This document shows, piece by piece, positions 38,756-49,323 of a DNA stretch of 64,000 nucleotides. How positions within the stretch are numbered: position 1 is the first letter of the stretch; each line of letters starts with the position of its first letter. The position numbers and the translations under genes were made by a program. The notes under the pieces were generated by a model that was not told where the DNA came from, made no database searches, and worked only from the letters and a program-made list of their open reading frames with translations. The stretch is taken from the NCBI GenBank assembly GCA_035369865.1, contig DAOOVG010000001.1:2519-66518 (forward strand), read 5' to 3'. The DNA is from Paludibacteraceae bacterium. Its GTDB lineage: Bacteria > Bacteroidota > Bacteroidia > Bacteroidales > Paludibacteraceae.

Positions 38756-39859
38756 TTACACGTGAGTAACAAACAGCGGCGTATCAGTATGAAGCACCAT
38801 TTTATAAGCCAAACCTGGATTAAATAACCTTCTAATGAGATTTCGACGCGGTGAATTAAAAGCAAGAAGATGAATTTCATTTTTTGCCAGATAGTCGTCA
38901 ATTAATTTTAACGAATCACCTGAGCTTATTAAATCATAATGTGTTTTGAGTTCGGGATAATGTTTCGAGAAATATTCCTTTATGCCTCCAATCATTACTT
39001 CATCCCACACTTCTTTTTTCTGAGAAACATGAATAAAATATATTTCTAAATTTTCAGAGCCAAACAGGGAAATAGTGGTATCGATAGCAATTAAATCCTT
39101 TTCATCAAAATTTGTCAAAAAAGCAATTCTTTTGATTTCTGCCGGAGAATTCAAAGATACACAGGCAGGAATAGCCAGAACTGGTGAAACACACGCTTCA
39201 ATGACTTCTGCTGTGACGCTACCAATCAATTCGCTGGAAATTTTTTTGCCTCGTGTTCCCATAATGACTAAAACAGGACGATTTTTCTTACAGTAATCCA
39301 GAATCTGATCTTCAGGGATGCCTTCTTTCAATTCAAAACGAAAATCGACATTGGGTAATTCTCCTTTTGAGATACGTTCATTGATTTGGTTATTCATCTT
39401 TGCCATTTCTTCATGGGCTGAACTGATAATCCGACGCAATAATTCAGCATCACCAAATGTATAGGTATTCATGTCATCAGTAACGGAAGAAATGGTAAAA
39501 GGAGGACTGTAATAAACATTCAAAAAAACAATTTTTGCTTTTAACTTCTGTGCAAAATAAAAAGCAAAATCAATAGTTTGAGGAATCAAATCGGAAAAAT
39601 CAAGTGGAACAAGAATTTGCAAGCCTTTTTCTTCTTCTCCTTTTTCTTCATCCCAGGCTTTTTCAACTTCTTCTACAATTTTTAAAGCTTTTGGTAAATC
39701 ACTTTCTTTAATACGTATTCTAACGCCTACCGATAATTCAGGATGTTCCAGATTTACATTTTGAATGACTGTTTCAATTCCGTTTTCTTCTAAAACGTTC
39801 TTTATTTTTTCAGCCCGTTTTAAAGTGCGAATAGCAAGGGTTACAAATTTATCTTCCAT
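38756..39859 (-). CDS. Tandem universal stress protein (UspA) domain protein with an extra N-terminal domain
   Basis: 367 aa with two Usp-like halves (…LVIMGTRGK… and a second copy ending …TPLFVTHV). Confidence 0.6.
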   Translation of the reverse strand: MEDKFVTLAIRTLKRAEKIKNVLEENGIETVIQNVNLEHPELSVGVRIRIKESDLPKALKIVEEVEKAWDEEKGEEEKGLQILVPLDFSDLIPQTIDFAFYFAQKLKAKIVFLNVYYSPPFTISSVTDDMNTYTFGDAELLRRIISSAHEEMAKMNNQINERISKGELPNVDFRFELKEGIPEDQILDYCKKNRPVLVIMGTRGKKISSELIGSVTAEVIEACVSPVLAIPACVSLNSPAEIKRIAFLTNFDEKDLIAIDTTISLFGSENLEIYFIHVSQKKEVWDEVMIGGIKEYFSKHYPELKTHYDLISSGDSLKLIDDYLAKNEIHLLAFNSPRRNLIRRLFNPGLAYKMVLHTDTPLFVTHV

Positions 39860-40084
39860 AGTATCAAATATTTCAGATTCTTAATTTACAGTATATTAAT
39901 TATTTTTTTCAAAACTTTCTAATCATTTTCAAATGTAAAATTAATATATTTTCTGAAATAAAGGCAATCACTTTGCTTTTTTTAATTTTTTCTATGAAAA
40001 ATGACACCGTAAAAATTTGGAGTTAAGAATAAAAATCCACAATAATTTTATTCATAAAGTATTGATAAAAAGGAATGGCAATTT

Positions 40085-40318
40085 AGCGTATTCTATATCG
40101 AAAAAGATTGACTACAGAGCAGGAAGGAGAAACATTTGAGATTTTGTATGGAAAAAGTATTCGACGACTTAGGTAAATCGGATGTTTAAAGGAGCAAGGA
40201 AGGAAATTAAAGAATGGTTAGAAAGGCCATTAAGAGATCGTTATCCCATTATTTACAATTATTGGAAAATTAAACGCATCGATCGTGGGGAGATTACTTT
40301 TTTATATCATTTTACTTG
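40085..40318 (+). pseudogene. IS256-family (Mutator-like) transposase internal fragment, frameshifted
   Basis: Two plus-strand frames give RILYRKRLTTEQEGETFEILYGKSI and KEIKEWLERPLRDRYPIIY. These match the IS256 blocks (LYakGMStrdI...eiYG..vS / W..RpL...Yp). There is no start, no DDE core, and the fragment is flanked by non-coding DNA. Confidence 0.55.
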
Positions 40319-40347
40319 ATTTTCACAACTTTATGATAATCTCACAA

Positions 40348-42027
40348 CTAAATATAAACTAAAATTAAAATTTGGGCTATAATTACTCTTAAAAACATTG
40401 TTAATGGATATACTGTTGAATAAGCTACTGCAGGAGCATCTGAGCCAGCTATAGAATTAGCATAGGCTAAAGCAGGCGGATCTGTTGTGCTTCCCGCAAG
40501 CAATCCTATTAAAGTGAAATAATTCATTTTCAAAAACTTTCTGGAAATTATTCCTATTAATAGTAAAGGAATAAAAGAAATTAAAGCAGCACATCCCATC
40601 CAAAGCAAGCCATCCGCAGAAATTACATTTTCAACAAATTTATCTCCTGCCGCAATTCCAACACTAGCAAGAAAGAGTGAAATGCCAATTTCACGTAACA
40701 TGTAATTTGCACTCATCGTAGTGTAAGTAGTCAATTTTAACTTATAGCCGAAGCGTCCGATTAAAATAGCAATAATCAATGGACCACCTGCCAAACCTAA
40801 TTTTACTGGCATAGGGATTCCAGGAATGTAAAAAGGAATGCTCCCAAACAAAATGCCCAATAAGATTCCTGCAAAAATGGTAATTAAAGGTGGCTCATTC
40901 AATTTTTGCAAAACATTTCCTAATAGTTTTTCTACTTGCTGAATAGCTTCTATTTCGCCTACTACCATTACGTAATCGCCTACCTGTAAAGCCAATCCAG
41001 GCGTCCCCAATAAGTCAATTCCTGAACGATTTACTCGTGTTATATTGACTCCATAGAGGGTTCTTAATTTCAACGAACCAATTGTTTTGCCATTCATTTT
41101 ACTATTGGTTACTACAATTCGGCGAGAAACCAACTTCTCTTCTGAAATTTTCCAGTCCATTTCAACTTTCTCACCAATACACGAAGCAATACGAGGGATA
41201 TGCTTTGCATTTGCTACCAGCAGAATTATATCGTTTTCCTGTAAAACAGTATTACCTTGAGGGATGAAAAATTCTTCATTACGCATTAATCTGGAAATGA
41301 TAAAAGGATATCTAATTACTTTTTTTATTTCTCGTACTTGCTTGCCGATGGCTGATTTGTTGGTTACTTTTAAAGTAATTCTTTCCAAATTTTCTTGGTA
41401 GGATTCATTTATTTTACGCAATTGTTTATTTTCTTTTTCAAAATCAATCCTAAAAATAATTCTAAGTATGATAATGGAAAAAATGATGCCAATAACACCA
41501 ATCGGGTAAGCAACTGCATACCCCAAAGTAATAGGTGGTATTTCAGTCAATTGGCCTATGTGGTGAGCATGTTGAAGAGCTTCTTGGGCTGCACCAAGTC
41601 CGGGAGTGTTGGTAATAGCTCCCGACATTATACCTACCAGCATAGGCATGGAAATTTTTTCATTTAACAAATAATATAAACCAATCACTACAGCAACGCC
41701 CAACAAAACAATACTGGTAGCTAATAAATTTAACTGAATGCCTCCTTTTTTAAAAGAAGAAAAGAAACTAGGACCAACTTGTAATCCAATAGAATACACG
41801 AACAAAATCAGTCCAAATTCTTTTATGAATTCTATTACTTCTGGATTTCCTTTGAAGCCCAAATGACCAGCAAATAATCCAACAAATAAAACAAAAGTTA
41901 CACCAAGAGAAACACCGAAAAATTTAATTTTTCCAAGTAAAATTCCTGCGGTAATGACAAGAGAATATACCAGGATAATTTCTGCTACACCATTATCTAC
42001 CAAAATCGATTTGATCCAGTCTATCAT
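40348..42027 (-). CDS. YidE/YbjL (AspT-type) family putative transporter with central tandem TrkA-C/RCK_C domains
   Basis: 559 aa. Two hydrophobic halves flank a soluble middle region with two RCK_C-like repeats (…VLQENDIILLVAN…, …LQVGDYVMVVGE…). Confidence 0.7.
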   Translation of the reverse strand: MIDWIKSILVDNGVAEIILVYSLVITAGILLGKIKFFGVSLGVTFVLFVGLFAGHLGFKGNPEVIEFIKEFGLILFVYSIGLQVGPSFFSSFKKGGIQLNLLATSIVLLGVAVVIGLYYLLNEKISMPMLVGIMSGAITNTPGLGAAQEALQHAHHIGQLTEIPPITLGYAVAYPIGVIGIIFSIIILRIIFRIDFEKENKQLRKINESYQENLERITLKVTNKSAIGKQVREIKKVIRYPFIISRLMRNEEFFIPQGNTVLQENDIILLVANAKHIPRIASCIGEKVEMDWKISEEKLVSRRIVVTNSKMNGKTIGSLKLRTLYGVNITRVNRSGIDLLGTPGLALQVGDYVMVVGEIEAIQQVEKLLGNVLQKLNEPPLITIFAGILLGILFGSIPFYIPGIPMPVKLGLAGGPLIIAILIGRFGYKLKLTTYTTMSANYMLREIGISLFLASVGIAAGDKFVENVISADGLLWMGCAALISFIPLLLIGIISRKFLKMNYFTLIGLLAGSTTDPPALAYANSIAGSDAPAVAYSTVYPLTMFLRVIIAQILILVYI

Positions 42028-42208
42028 ACATACTCCTTTAAAGTTTTAAAAAAGAAACATTTCCATGTGTTACAAAATTACACAATTTTTAAACTCTTTA
42101 AAAATTGAAATATATATTAGCTACATGATAAAAATAGATTATTTTTGTAATGAGAATAATTATAAAAAAAGAAATAATTCTGCTTGTTTAATAATTGTTT
42201 GATTTTTT

Positions 42209-43330
42209 ATGAAAAAGAGAGTGCTTTTCATTGACAGAGATGGAACCATTTTAGTAGAGCCATCTGAAACTTATCAGGTAGATACGTTGGAACAACTTGA
42301 ATTTTTGCCTGGCGTGATTCGTAATTTATATTTTATTCGTCAGAAACTTGATTTTGAATGGGCACTGGTTTCTAATCAAGATGGTTTGGGAACCTCAGCT
42401 TATCCTCAGAAAAATTTTGATGTTGTTCAACAGAAATTTTTACAAATTCTGAAAAATGAAGATATTACTTTTGATAAAATATTTATTGATAAGTCTTTAC
42501 CTGAAGAATCTCTTCCTACTCGCAAACCGGGTATTGGAATGCTGACCGAATATTTTTCAGAAGATTATGATTTGCAAAATTCTTTTGTTATAGGTGATCG
42601 TTATACTGATGTGGAACTTGCTAAAAATCTGGGTTGTAAAGCTATTTTTTTAAATAATGATGAAAAAATTTTAGAGAAAAAAAAACTGACAGAATATTGT
42701 GTTTTGCAGACCAGCAGTTGGGACAAAATTGCTGAATTTTTATTTGCAGGCGAACGAACGGCTGTCGTACAACGAACCACCAAGGAAACAGATGTATATG
42801 TTTACTTAAATTTGGATGGCGAAGGTAAAAGTTCTATTTCTACAGGTCTTCATTTTTTTGACCACCTGCTGGAACAAATCAGCAAACATTCAGGTTGTGA
42901 TTTAACAATTCAAGTAAAAGGTGATTTGGAAGTGGACGAACATCATACTATTGAAGATACAGCTCTTGCACTTGGTGAAGCTTTTGCAAAAACATTGTCT
43001 GATAAGCGAGGCATTGAACGTTATGGTTTTTGCTTACCAATGGACGATTCATTAAGTATGGTTGCTATTGATTTTGGAGGAAGACCATGGTTGGTTTTTG
43101 ATGCCCATTTTCAGCGAGAATATATTGGTGACTTCCCAACAGAGATGATTTTACATTTTTTCAAATCGTTTAGCGATGCAGCAAAAATGAATCTTTACAT
43201 AAAAGCTGAAGGTGAAAATGAACATCATAAATTAGAGTCTATTTTCAAAGCATTGGCAAAAGCTATTAAAATGGCAGTCAAGCGGGATATTTATCATTTT
43301 GATTTACCCTCAACAAAAGATGCTTTATAA
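42209..43330 (+). CDS. hisB: Bifunctional histidinol-phosphatase / imidazoleglycerol-phosphate dehydratase
   Basis: 373 aa with N-terminal HAD motif LFIDRDGT and IGPD motifs ([31 protein letters not shown]). Confidence 0.9.
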   Translation: MKKRVLFIDRDGTILVEPSETYQVDTLEQLEFLPGVIRNLYFIRQKLDFEWALVSNQDGLGTSAYPQKNFDVVQQKFLQILKNEDITFDKIFIDKSLPEESLPTRKPGIGMLTEYFSEDYDLQNSFVIGDRYTDVELAKNLGCKAIFLNNDEKILEKKKLTEYCVLQTSSWDKIAEFLFAGERTAVVQRTTKETDVYVYLNLDGEGKSSISTGLHFFDHLLEQISKHSGCDLTIQVKGDLEVDEHHTIEDTALALGEAFAKTLSDKRGIERYGFCLPMDDSLSMVAIDFGGRPWLVFDAHFQREYIGDFPTEMILHFFKSFSDAAKMNLYIKAEGENEHHKLESIFKALAKAIKMAVKRDIYHFDLPSTKDAL

Positions 43331-43389
43331 CTGTCTAAAAAACGCATGTTTTTCATTTGTTAAAAATCAAAAAGTTAATTTTTTAAAAT

Positions 43390-45006
43390 ATGAAGTTTTT
43401 CGTTCTGAATTTTTGGTTGTTGCTAATTTTCAATGTTTTGGCAACTTATGTAGCTGCTCAAAATTTTACTTCAAAACCACCGCGATTGGTTGTTGGGATA
43501 ATGATTGATGGTTTGCAACAACGTCATATTGACCAGTTGTGGAATCGATTTGATAGTTATGGTTTCAAGCAAATTGTGGAAAAAGGTGCAATATGTAACA
43601 ATATTTATTACAACCTTCTTTCAGCAGGAAATGCGTCAGACATTGCAACAGTTATGACAGGCACTACTCCTTATTATCATGGCGTGACAGGGAATCATTA
43701 TTTTTCAAGAAAAAATAAGGAAGTACAATCTATTATTTACGATGAAAATGAACTTGGCATTGGAACAAAATTAACTGTTTCGGCACATCATTTATTGTCC
43801 AGCACAGTAACAGACGAATTGATGCTAAATTTTTCTCATCAATCAAAAACGTACGCAGTGGCTATTAATCCTGAAGAAGCTCTTATGCTGGCAGGACATA
43901 CGGCAAATAGTGCTGTGTGGATAAGTGACGAAACAATGAAATGGATTACTACAACTTATTATTCAGATGGTTTGGCAGCAAGTGCTGATGAAATGAATGT
44001 GAATGACCAGATTAGAAAATACGCTTCTATGATTTGGGAACCGATGTATTCACCTAATACTTATCTTTATCCACCACAAGGAGAAAACAAAAAAACTTCT
44101 TTTGAATATAAACCTGACAGTAAACGGAAAAATTCTTCTCTTTTACTATTGAAAAATACGCCAACTGCAAATGCCGTTGTGGCTGACCTTGCCTATAGAA
44201 TTATTAATCAGGAAAAATTAGGAACAGACGATTATCCTGATTTTCTTCTACTTCAATTTACTGTCAAAACACCTTATGAAAAAACTTCGGTCATCAATTC
44301 TGCTGAAAAAGAAGATATTTATTTACAATTAGATAAAGATATTCAGTATTTGTTGCAAAAAATTGATAGTAAAATCGGAATGTCGCAGGTGTTGGTTTTT
44401 ATGTTTGGAAATCAGACCAATTTTCATACCCCCATTGAATTAGGCAACAATAAAATTCCAGCGGGATATTTTAATGGAGATCGTTCAATGGCTTTGTTGA
44501 ACACTTATTTAATGGCAATTTATGGTCAAGAAAAATGGGTGGAAGGTTATTACGGGAAAAATATATTTTTAAATCGTCGAAAAATTGAAGAAAAAAAATT
44601 AAATCTTTATGATATTCAACAAACAGTGGCTGATTTTATGTTGGAATTTGAAGGTGTTCAAGCTGCTTTTACAGCTACTCAGGTTTTAAATGCGAATTCG
44701 CAAATCAATGATCAAATAATTCCTATCAGAAATTCATTTCACAAAAATTCCAGTGGTGATGTCATTCTCACTTTATTGCCTGGCTGGATAGAATTAAATG
44801 AAAATAATCAGCCTGTGGGCGAATCGAATGCTGTCATTTCTTATACACCTGTTTATTTTTATGGATGGAATATTAAGCCTCAGAAAATTAACACTTTTTA
44901 TCCTGTTACCTCTATTGCCCCTACATTAAGCAAAATTTTAAATATTCCTGAACCTAATGCTTGCGTTGGAACACCAATAGAAGAAATAATTCGAGAAATA
45001 AAATAA
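43390..45006 (+). CDS. Secreted alkaline-phosphatase-superfamily protein (type I phosphodiesterase / nucleotide pyrophosphatase-like)
   Basis: 538 aa with a signal peptide. Metal-site-like VVGIMIDGL and MTGTTPYYHGVTGN blocks are typical of the family. Confidence 0.55.
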   Translation: MKFFVLNFWLLLIFNVLATYVAAQNFTSKPPRLVVGIMIDGLQQRHIDQLWNRFDSYGFKQIVEKGAICNNIYYNLLSAGNASDIATVMTGTTPYYHGVTGNHYFSRKNKEVQSIIYDENELGIGTKLTVSAHHLLSSTVTDELMLNFSHQSKTYAVAINPEEALMLAGHTANSAVWISDETMKWITTTYYSDGLAASADEMNVNDQIRKYASMIWEPMYSPNTYLYPPQGENKKTSFEYKPDSKRKNSSLLLLKNTPTANAVVADLAYRIINQEKLGTDDYPDFLLLQFTVKTPYEKTSVINSAEKEDIYLQLDKDIQYLLQKIDSKIGMSQVLVFMFGNQTNFHTPIELGNNKIPAGYFNGDRSMALLNTYLMAIYGQEKWVEGYYGKNIFLNRRKIEEKKLNLYDIQQTVADFMLEFEGVQAAFTATQVLNANSQINDQIIPIRNSFHKNSSGDVILTLLPGWIELNENNQPVGESNAVISYTPVYFYGWNIKPQKINTFYPVTSIAPTLSKILNIPEPNACVGTPIEEIIREIK

Positions 45007-45046
45007 AAGATTTATTCTGAAAAGAGAAAAGATAAGTAAAAAATTT

Positions 45047-46219
45047 ATGAAATATAATTTTGATGAAATTATTGATCGTAGAAATACCAATGCGGTGAAA
45101 ATAGAAGCTTGTCCTTCTCTTTTTGGAACAAACGATGTTCTTCCTTTGTGGGTAGCAGACATGGATTTTCGCACACCAGATTTTATTTTAGAAACCATTC
45201 GTCGTCGTTGTGAACATCCCATTTTGGGGTATACGATAATGCCAAAAGAATATTTCCCAAGTATTATTTATTGGTTAAATCAAATTCATCAATTTGAGGT
45301 AAAAGAAGAATGGTTGGGTTTTTTACCAGGAGTAGTAACAGGTTTAGCCTTAGCAGTGAAACAATTTTCCAGCGAAGGAGATGAAGTGATTGTTCAACCG
45401 CCTGTTTACTACCCATTTATGGAAGTAGTGAAAAGTAATCATCGTAAATTAGTTTATAATCCTTTGCAGGAAAGAAACGGAAAATTTGAAATGGATTTTG
45501 AAGATTTAGAAAGCAAAATTTCTTCTCGAACCAAGTTGCTTTTGTTATGTAATCCTCAAAATCCTGGTGGTAGAATTTGGGATCGAACAACCTTGCATAC
45601 ATTGGCTGAAATTTGCGAGCGTCATCATATTTTGATTGTTTCTGATGAAATTCATGGCGATATGGCTTTGGCAGGGAATCAACATGTTCCTTTTGCCAGC
45701 GTATCCAATAAAGCTGCACAAATCAGCATTACGCTTATGTCGCCAAGCAAAATTTTTAACATACCTTCATTGCAAGCGGCTTATTATATTATTCCAAATG
45801 AAGAAATTAGAAATTTATTCAAAGATTTTCTGAATCAGTTAAGAATAACCGATGGAAACATTTTTGCTTACATTGCGACCATTGCTGCTTACACACAAGG
45901 AACAGAATGGCGACGGCAAATGTTGCAATATGTCAATAAAAATGTGGAATATGTTATTCATTTTTTAAAGGAAGAGCTTCCACTAATTGAGCCTATGAAA
46001 CCAGAAGCTTCTTTCCTGATCTGGCTGAATTGTGAAAAAATGGGAATGACCGATGAGGAATTATTTCAATTTTTTATCCAAAAAGCTGGTTTAGGACTTA
46101 ATAAGGGAAAAATTTTTGGACCGGGTGGCGAGCAACATTTCAGGTTGAATGTTGCTTGTCCACGAAATGTGTTGCAGCAAGCAATGAAACAATTAAAAAG
46201 TGCGTTTGAATCATTTTAA
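45047..46219 (+). CDS. PatB/MalY-type PLP-dependent C-S lyase (cystathionine beta-lyase-like aminotransferase class I/II)
   Basis: 390 aa with YNFDEIIDRRNTNAVK, LWVADMDF, SDEIHGD and SPSKIFN (PLP lysine). Confidence 0.8.
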   Translation: MKYNFDEIIDRRNTNAVKIEACPSLFGTNDVLPLWVADMDFRTPDFILETIRRRCEHPILGYTIMPKEYFPSIIYWLNQIHQFEVKEEWLGFLPGVVTGLALAVKQFSSEGDEVIVQPPVYYPFMEVVKSNHRKLVYNPLQERNGKFEMDFEDLESKISSRTKLLLLCNPQNPGGRIWDRTTLHTLAEICERHHILIVSDEIHGDMALAGNQHVPFASVSNKAAQISITLMSPSKIFNIPSLQAAYYIIPNEEIRNLFKDFLNQLRITDGNIFAYIATIAAYTQGTEWRRQMLQYVNKNVEYVIHFLKEELPLIEPMKPEASFLIWLNCEKMGMTDEELFQFFIQKAGLGLNKGKIFGPGGEQHFRLNVACPRNVLQQAMKQLKSAFESF

Positions 46220-46230
46220 TTTTTAAAGAT

Positions 46231-46893
46231 ATGAATGTAAAAATAGAACCTCAGTGGCAAACAATTTTACAGCCAGAATTTGACAAAGATTATTTTGTTC
46301 GGTTAACTGATTTTGTAAAAAATGAATATAAAACGAGACGGATTTTCCCACCTGGTTCTTTGATATTCAATGCTTTTAATCTTTGTCCTTATGATAAGGT
46401 AAAAGTAGTTATTCTCGGTCAAGATCCTTACCCCAACGAAGGGCAGGCTCATGGTTTATGTTTTTCAGTAAATGAAAATGTAGAATTTCCACCTTCTTTG
46501 ATGAATATTTTTAAAGAAATTCAAGCAGAATTTGGTAAACCGATTCCAAAAAATGGGAATTTAACTCGTTGGGCTGAGCAAGGCGTTTTATTACTCAATG
46601 CCATTTTAACTGTTCAAGCACATTTGCCAACTTCTCATCAAGGAAAAGGCTGGGAAATCTTTACTGATGCGGTTGTTCGGAAATTAGCTACTGAAAAGGA
46701 ACATCTCGTTTTTATGTTATGGGGAAATTATGCTCAGCAAAAAGGTGCATTTATTGATCCAAATCGTCATCTGGTTTTAAAATCGAGCCATCCTTCACCT
46801 CTTTCTGCCAATAGAGGTTTCTTTGGTAATCAACATTTTATGCTTGCCAATCAGTATCTCAAAGCTCATGGAGAAAAAGAAATCGATTGGTAA
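46231..46893 (+). CDS. ung: Uracil-DNA glycosylase (family 1)
   Basis: 220 aa with GQDPYPNEGQAHGLCFSV and HPSPLSA motifs. Confidence 0.9.
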   Translation: MNVKIEPQWQTILQPEFDKDYFVRLTDFVKNEYKTRRIFPPGSLIFNAFNLCPYDKVKVVILGQDPYPNEGQAHGLCFSVNENVEFPPSLMNIFKEIQAEFGKPIPKNGNLTRWAEQGVLLLNAILTVQAHLPTSHQGKGWEIFTDAVVRKLATEKEHLVFMLWGNYAQQKGAFIDPNRHLVLKSSHPSPLSANRGFFGNQHFMLANQYLKAHGEKEIDW

Positions 46894-46989
46894 AAAATTC
46901 TTATGCTTTTCAAAAAATAAAATGTTCGGTTGTACGTTTTTTAATAAGCATTTGACTTTAAAGTGTTTAACTTTTAATATATTTATTCA

Positions 46990-47739
46990 ATGACTTTACA
47001 AGAGCAATTTGAAAAACAAGGGAATTTTTTGTTCAAATATCGCAGCTATTTGCCTTTGATAATTATAGTTGCAGGTTTATTGGTTTATATTTTTCCCTTA
47101 TTGAAAAATCCAAATCCTTCTTTTACATCTTATACAATTTTAGTATTTGTAAGTTTAGCTATTTCATTTATTGGTTTTGCTATTCGAGTTTATACAGTGG
47201 GATATACTCCGGCAAATACTTCTGGAAGAAATACAGCTGAACAAATTGCAGATGAATTAAATACCACCGGAATTTATTCAATAGTTCGACATCCACTTTA
47301 TTTAGGAAATTTTTTTATGTGGCTGGGTGCAACTTTATTAACAGCAAATGGATGGTTTGTTGTAATATTTGTATTGGTTTATTGGCTTTATTATGAAAGA
47401 ATTATGTATGCAGAGGAACAATTTTTACAACGCAAATTTGGTGAAACATTTCTTCGCTGGGCAGAAAAAACACCTACTTTTATTCCTGCTTTTCATAGAT
47501 TTGTTCCATCACGTTATCCTTTTAGCTGGAAAAAAGCTATGAAGAAAGAAAAAAACGGCTTAGTTGCTATTTTTATTTTACTTTTTGTTTTTTATAATAT
47601 TCGGTATTCTTTCAAGAATCATCATTTTTCAATAGATTTGAATTGGATTTTTTGGGTAACACTTTTGACCGTTTTACTTTATCTGGTTTTAAAATTTCTG
47701 AAAAAGAAAACGCACATTTTAGATGAAAAGGGTAGATAA
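46990..47739 (+). CDS. Isoprenylcysteine carboxyl / phospholipid methyltransferase-family membrane protein
   Basis: 249 aa and polytopic, with TTGIYSIVRHPLYLGNFFMWLG and EEQFL motifs. Confidence 0.65.
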   Translation: MTLQEQFEKQGNFLFKYRSYLPLIIIVAGLLVYIFPLLKNPNPSFTSYTILVFVSLAISFIGFAIRVYTVGYTPANTSGRNTAEQIADELNTTGIYSIVRHPLYLGNFFMWLGATLLTANGWFVVIFVLVYWLYYERIMYAEEQFLQRKFGETFLRWAEKTPTFIPAFHRFVPSRYPFSWKKAMKKEKNGLVAIFILLFVFYNIRYSFKNHHFSIDLNWIFWVTLLTVLLYLVLKFLKKKTHILDEKGR

Positions 47740-47743
47740 AAAT

Positions 47744-47775
47744 AAACCTCTTTGAAAAATTTTTCAGAGAGGTTT
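47744..47775. terminator. Bidirectional hairpin terminator between convergent genes
   Basis: AAACCTCTtTGAAAA-at-TTTTCAgAGAGGTTT lies between the stop at 47739 (+) and the stop at 47807 (-). Confidence 0.6.
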
Positions 47776-47806
47776 AATAAATTTTTGAGAAATAATGTTA
47801 TGATAA

Positions 47807-48385
47807 TCAATAATTTTCCTGCCATAACTCCATGAATGCTTTTGGATGCAGACAAACAGGACAAGTTTCCAGAGCTTCTGCTGATTCATAGATGTAGCCA
47901 CAATTTCTACATTTCCACCAAACTTTTCCATCTTTTTTAAAGACTTTGTCTTCGGAAATGTTTTGCAAAAGTTTAAGATAACGGCGTTCATGTTCTACTT
48001 CTACTTTTGCTACCATTTTAAAAGCAACTGCAATTTCAGAAAATCCTTCTTCTTCAGCAACTTGAGCAAAAGTTGGATATAAGTTTGACCATTCATCATA
48101 TTCTCCTTCAGCAGCAGCTTTCAAGTTTTGCTTGGTATCACCAATTACACCAGCAGGATAAGAAGCGGTGATTTCAACCATACCGCCTTTTAAAAATTTA
48201 AAGAAACGTTTGGCGTGTTCTTTTTCTTGACTAGCAGTTTCCATAAAGATAGCTGCAATTTGTTCGTAACCTTCTTTTTTGGCCACGCTGGCAAAGAATT
48301 CATAACGATTGCGAGCTTGTGATTCTCCTGCAAAGGCTTTCAGTAGGTTCTGCTCAGTTTTTGTACCTTTCAATGATTTTTCCAT
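47807..48385 (-). CDS. rbr: Rubrerythrin
   Basis: 192 aa with an N-terminal di-iron ferritin-like domain (TEQNLLKAFAGESQARNRYEFFA, EKEHAKRF, EHERRY) and a C-terminal rubredoxin-like CRNCG...CPVC. Confidence 0.9.
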   Translation of the reverse strand: MEKSLKGTKTEQNLLKAFAGESQARNRYEFFASVAKKEGYEQIAAIFMETASQEKEHAKRFFKFLKGGMVEITASYPAGVIGDTKQNLKAAAEGEYDEWSNLYPTFAQVAEEEGFSEIAVAFKMVAKVEVEHERRYLKLLQNISEDKVFKKDGKVWWKCRNCGYIYESAEALETCPVCLHPKAFMELWQENY

Positions 48386-48460
48386 ATTTTTTATAATTAA
48401 ATTGTATTTACAATAGAAATTGATTGAACATGATTTATTTGATAATATTTTTGAGTTGTT

Positions 48461-49138
48461 TCATTTTATTTCAATAAATTCAGATTTTGATGTGCCACAA
48501 AGTGGGCATACCCAATCGTCAGGTAAATCTTCAAATTTAACTTTTTCTTGGGCTTCATCATAAATATAACCACAAACGAGACATTTAAATTTTTTGTTCA
48601 TTGAATTTATTTTAGAAGTTGATAAATTAGTTGGATTGATATAAGTAGGAGCATTTTTAGGTGATACTCCTTTTTTTATTTCTCGGTAATAAGCATAAGT
48701 TAATGGCGGCTGAGTTTCATCTATTATTTGTGCATCAACTACATCACCAATAAACAGCAAATGAGTACCCACATCAAAAGTTTGTATCACTTTACATTCT
48801 AAAAAAGCAATGCTATCATTTAATACGATGGGAACACCTGTTTGTCCATAAATAATATTATTTCCACTCATTTTATCAGTTTCTCTACCACTTTTGTAAC
48901 CAAATTTGCCGATAATTTCACTGGAAGCCTCCTGCGCGAGAACTGAAACAGAGAAAACTTTATATTGATTAATAAATTCACAGGTATAATTATCTTTATT
49001 GCAGCAAACTGTAAATCGTGGAGGTTCAGAAGTTACCTGAAATACTGTGTTGGAAATAAAACCATTACCTTTTTCTTTATTTCCTGAACTTACAATATAC
49101 AAACCATAAGAAATTTTAAAAAATGTCGTTACGTTCAT
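48461..49138 (-). CDS. Flavin reductase-like domain fused to C-terminal rubredoxin
   Basis: 225 aa with a flavin reductase fold N-terminus (YGLYIVSSG...[15 protein letters not shown]) and a rubredoxin motif ([12 protein letters not shown]...DWVCPLCG). Confidence 0.75.
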   Translation of the reverse strand: MNVTTFFKISYGLYIVSSGNKEKGNGFISNTVFQVTSEPPRFTVCCNKDNYTCEFINQYKVFSVSVLAQEASSEIIGKFGYKSGRETDKMSGNNIIYGQTGVPIVLNDSIAFLECKVIQTFDVGTHLLFIGDVVDAQIIDETQPPLTYAYYREIKKGVSPKNAPTYINPTNLSTSKINSMNKKFKCLVCGYIYDEAQEKVKFEDLPDDWVCPLCGTSKSEFIEIK

Positions 49139-49323
49139 TGAAAAAATTCGAGTTTTTATTTTTATTTTTTTGAAATATTCTTTTTTAAAATTCTAACAAA
49201 CAAATTTAAAAATTAATTTCATTTGAACAATATTCTCATAAATATTTTTTCACTTGGAAATAAAAAGGATGCTTTTTTCAAAACAGCCTCTCATTAAAAT
49301 GGGTTTTATTTGTTTGTATTTAA

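Noticed and set aside
45417-45719. 100-aa minus-strand ORF inside the patB/malY-like gene, and similar antisense ORFs in sdhA, pfkA, pgk, hisB and the YidE-like gene
   Set aside because: All are embedded antisense or in alternative frames of confidently assigned genes, and none has a recognisable family.
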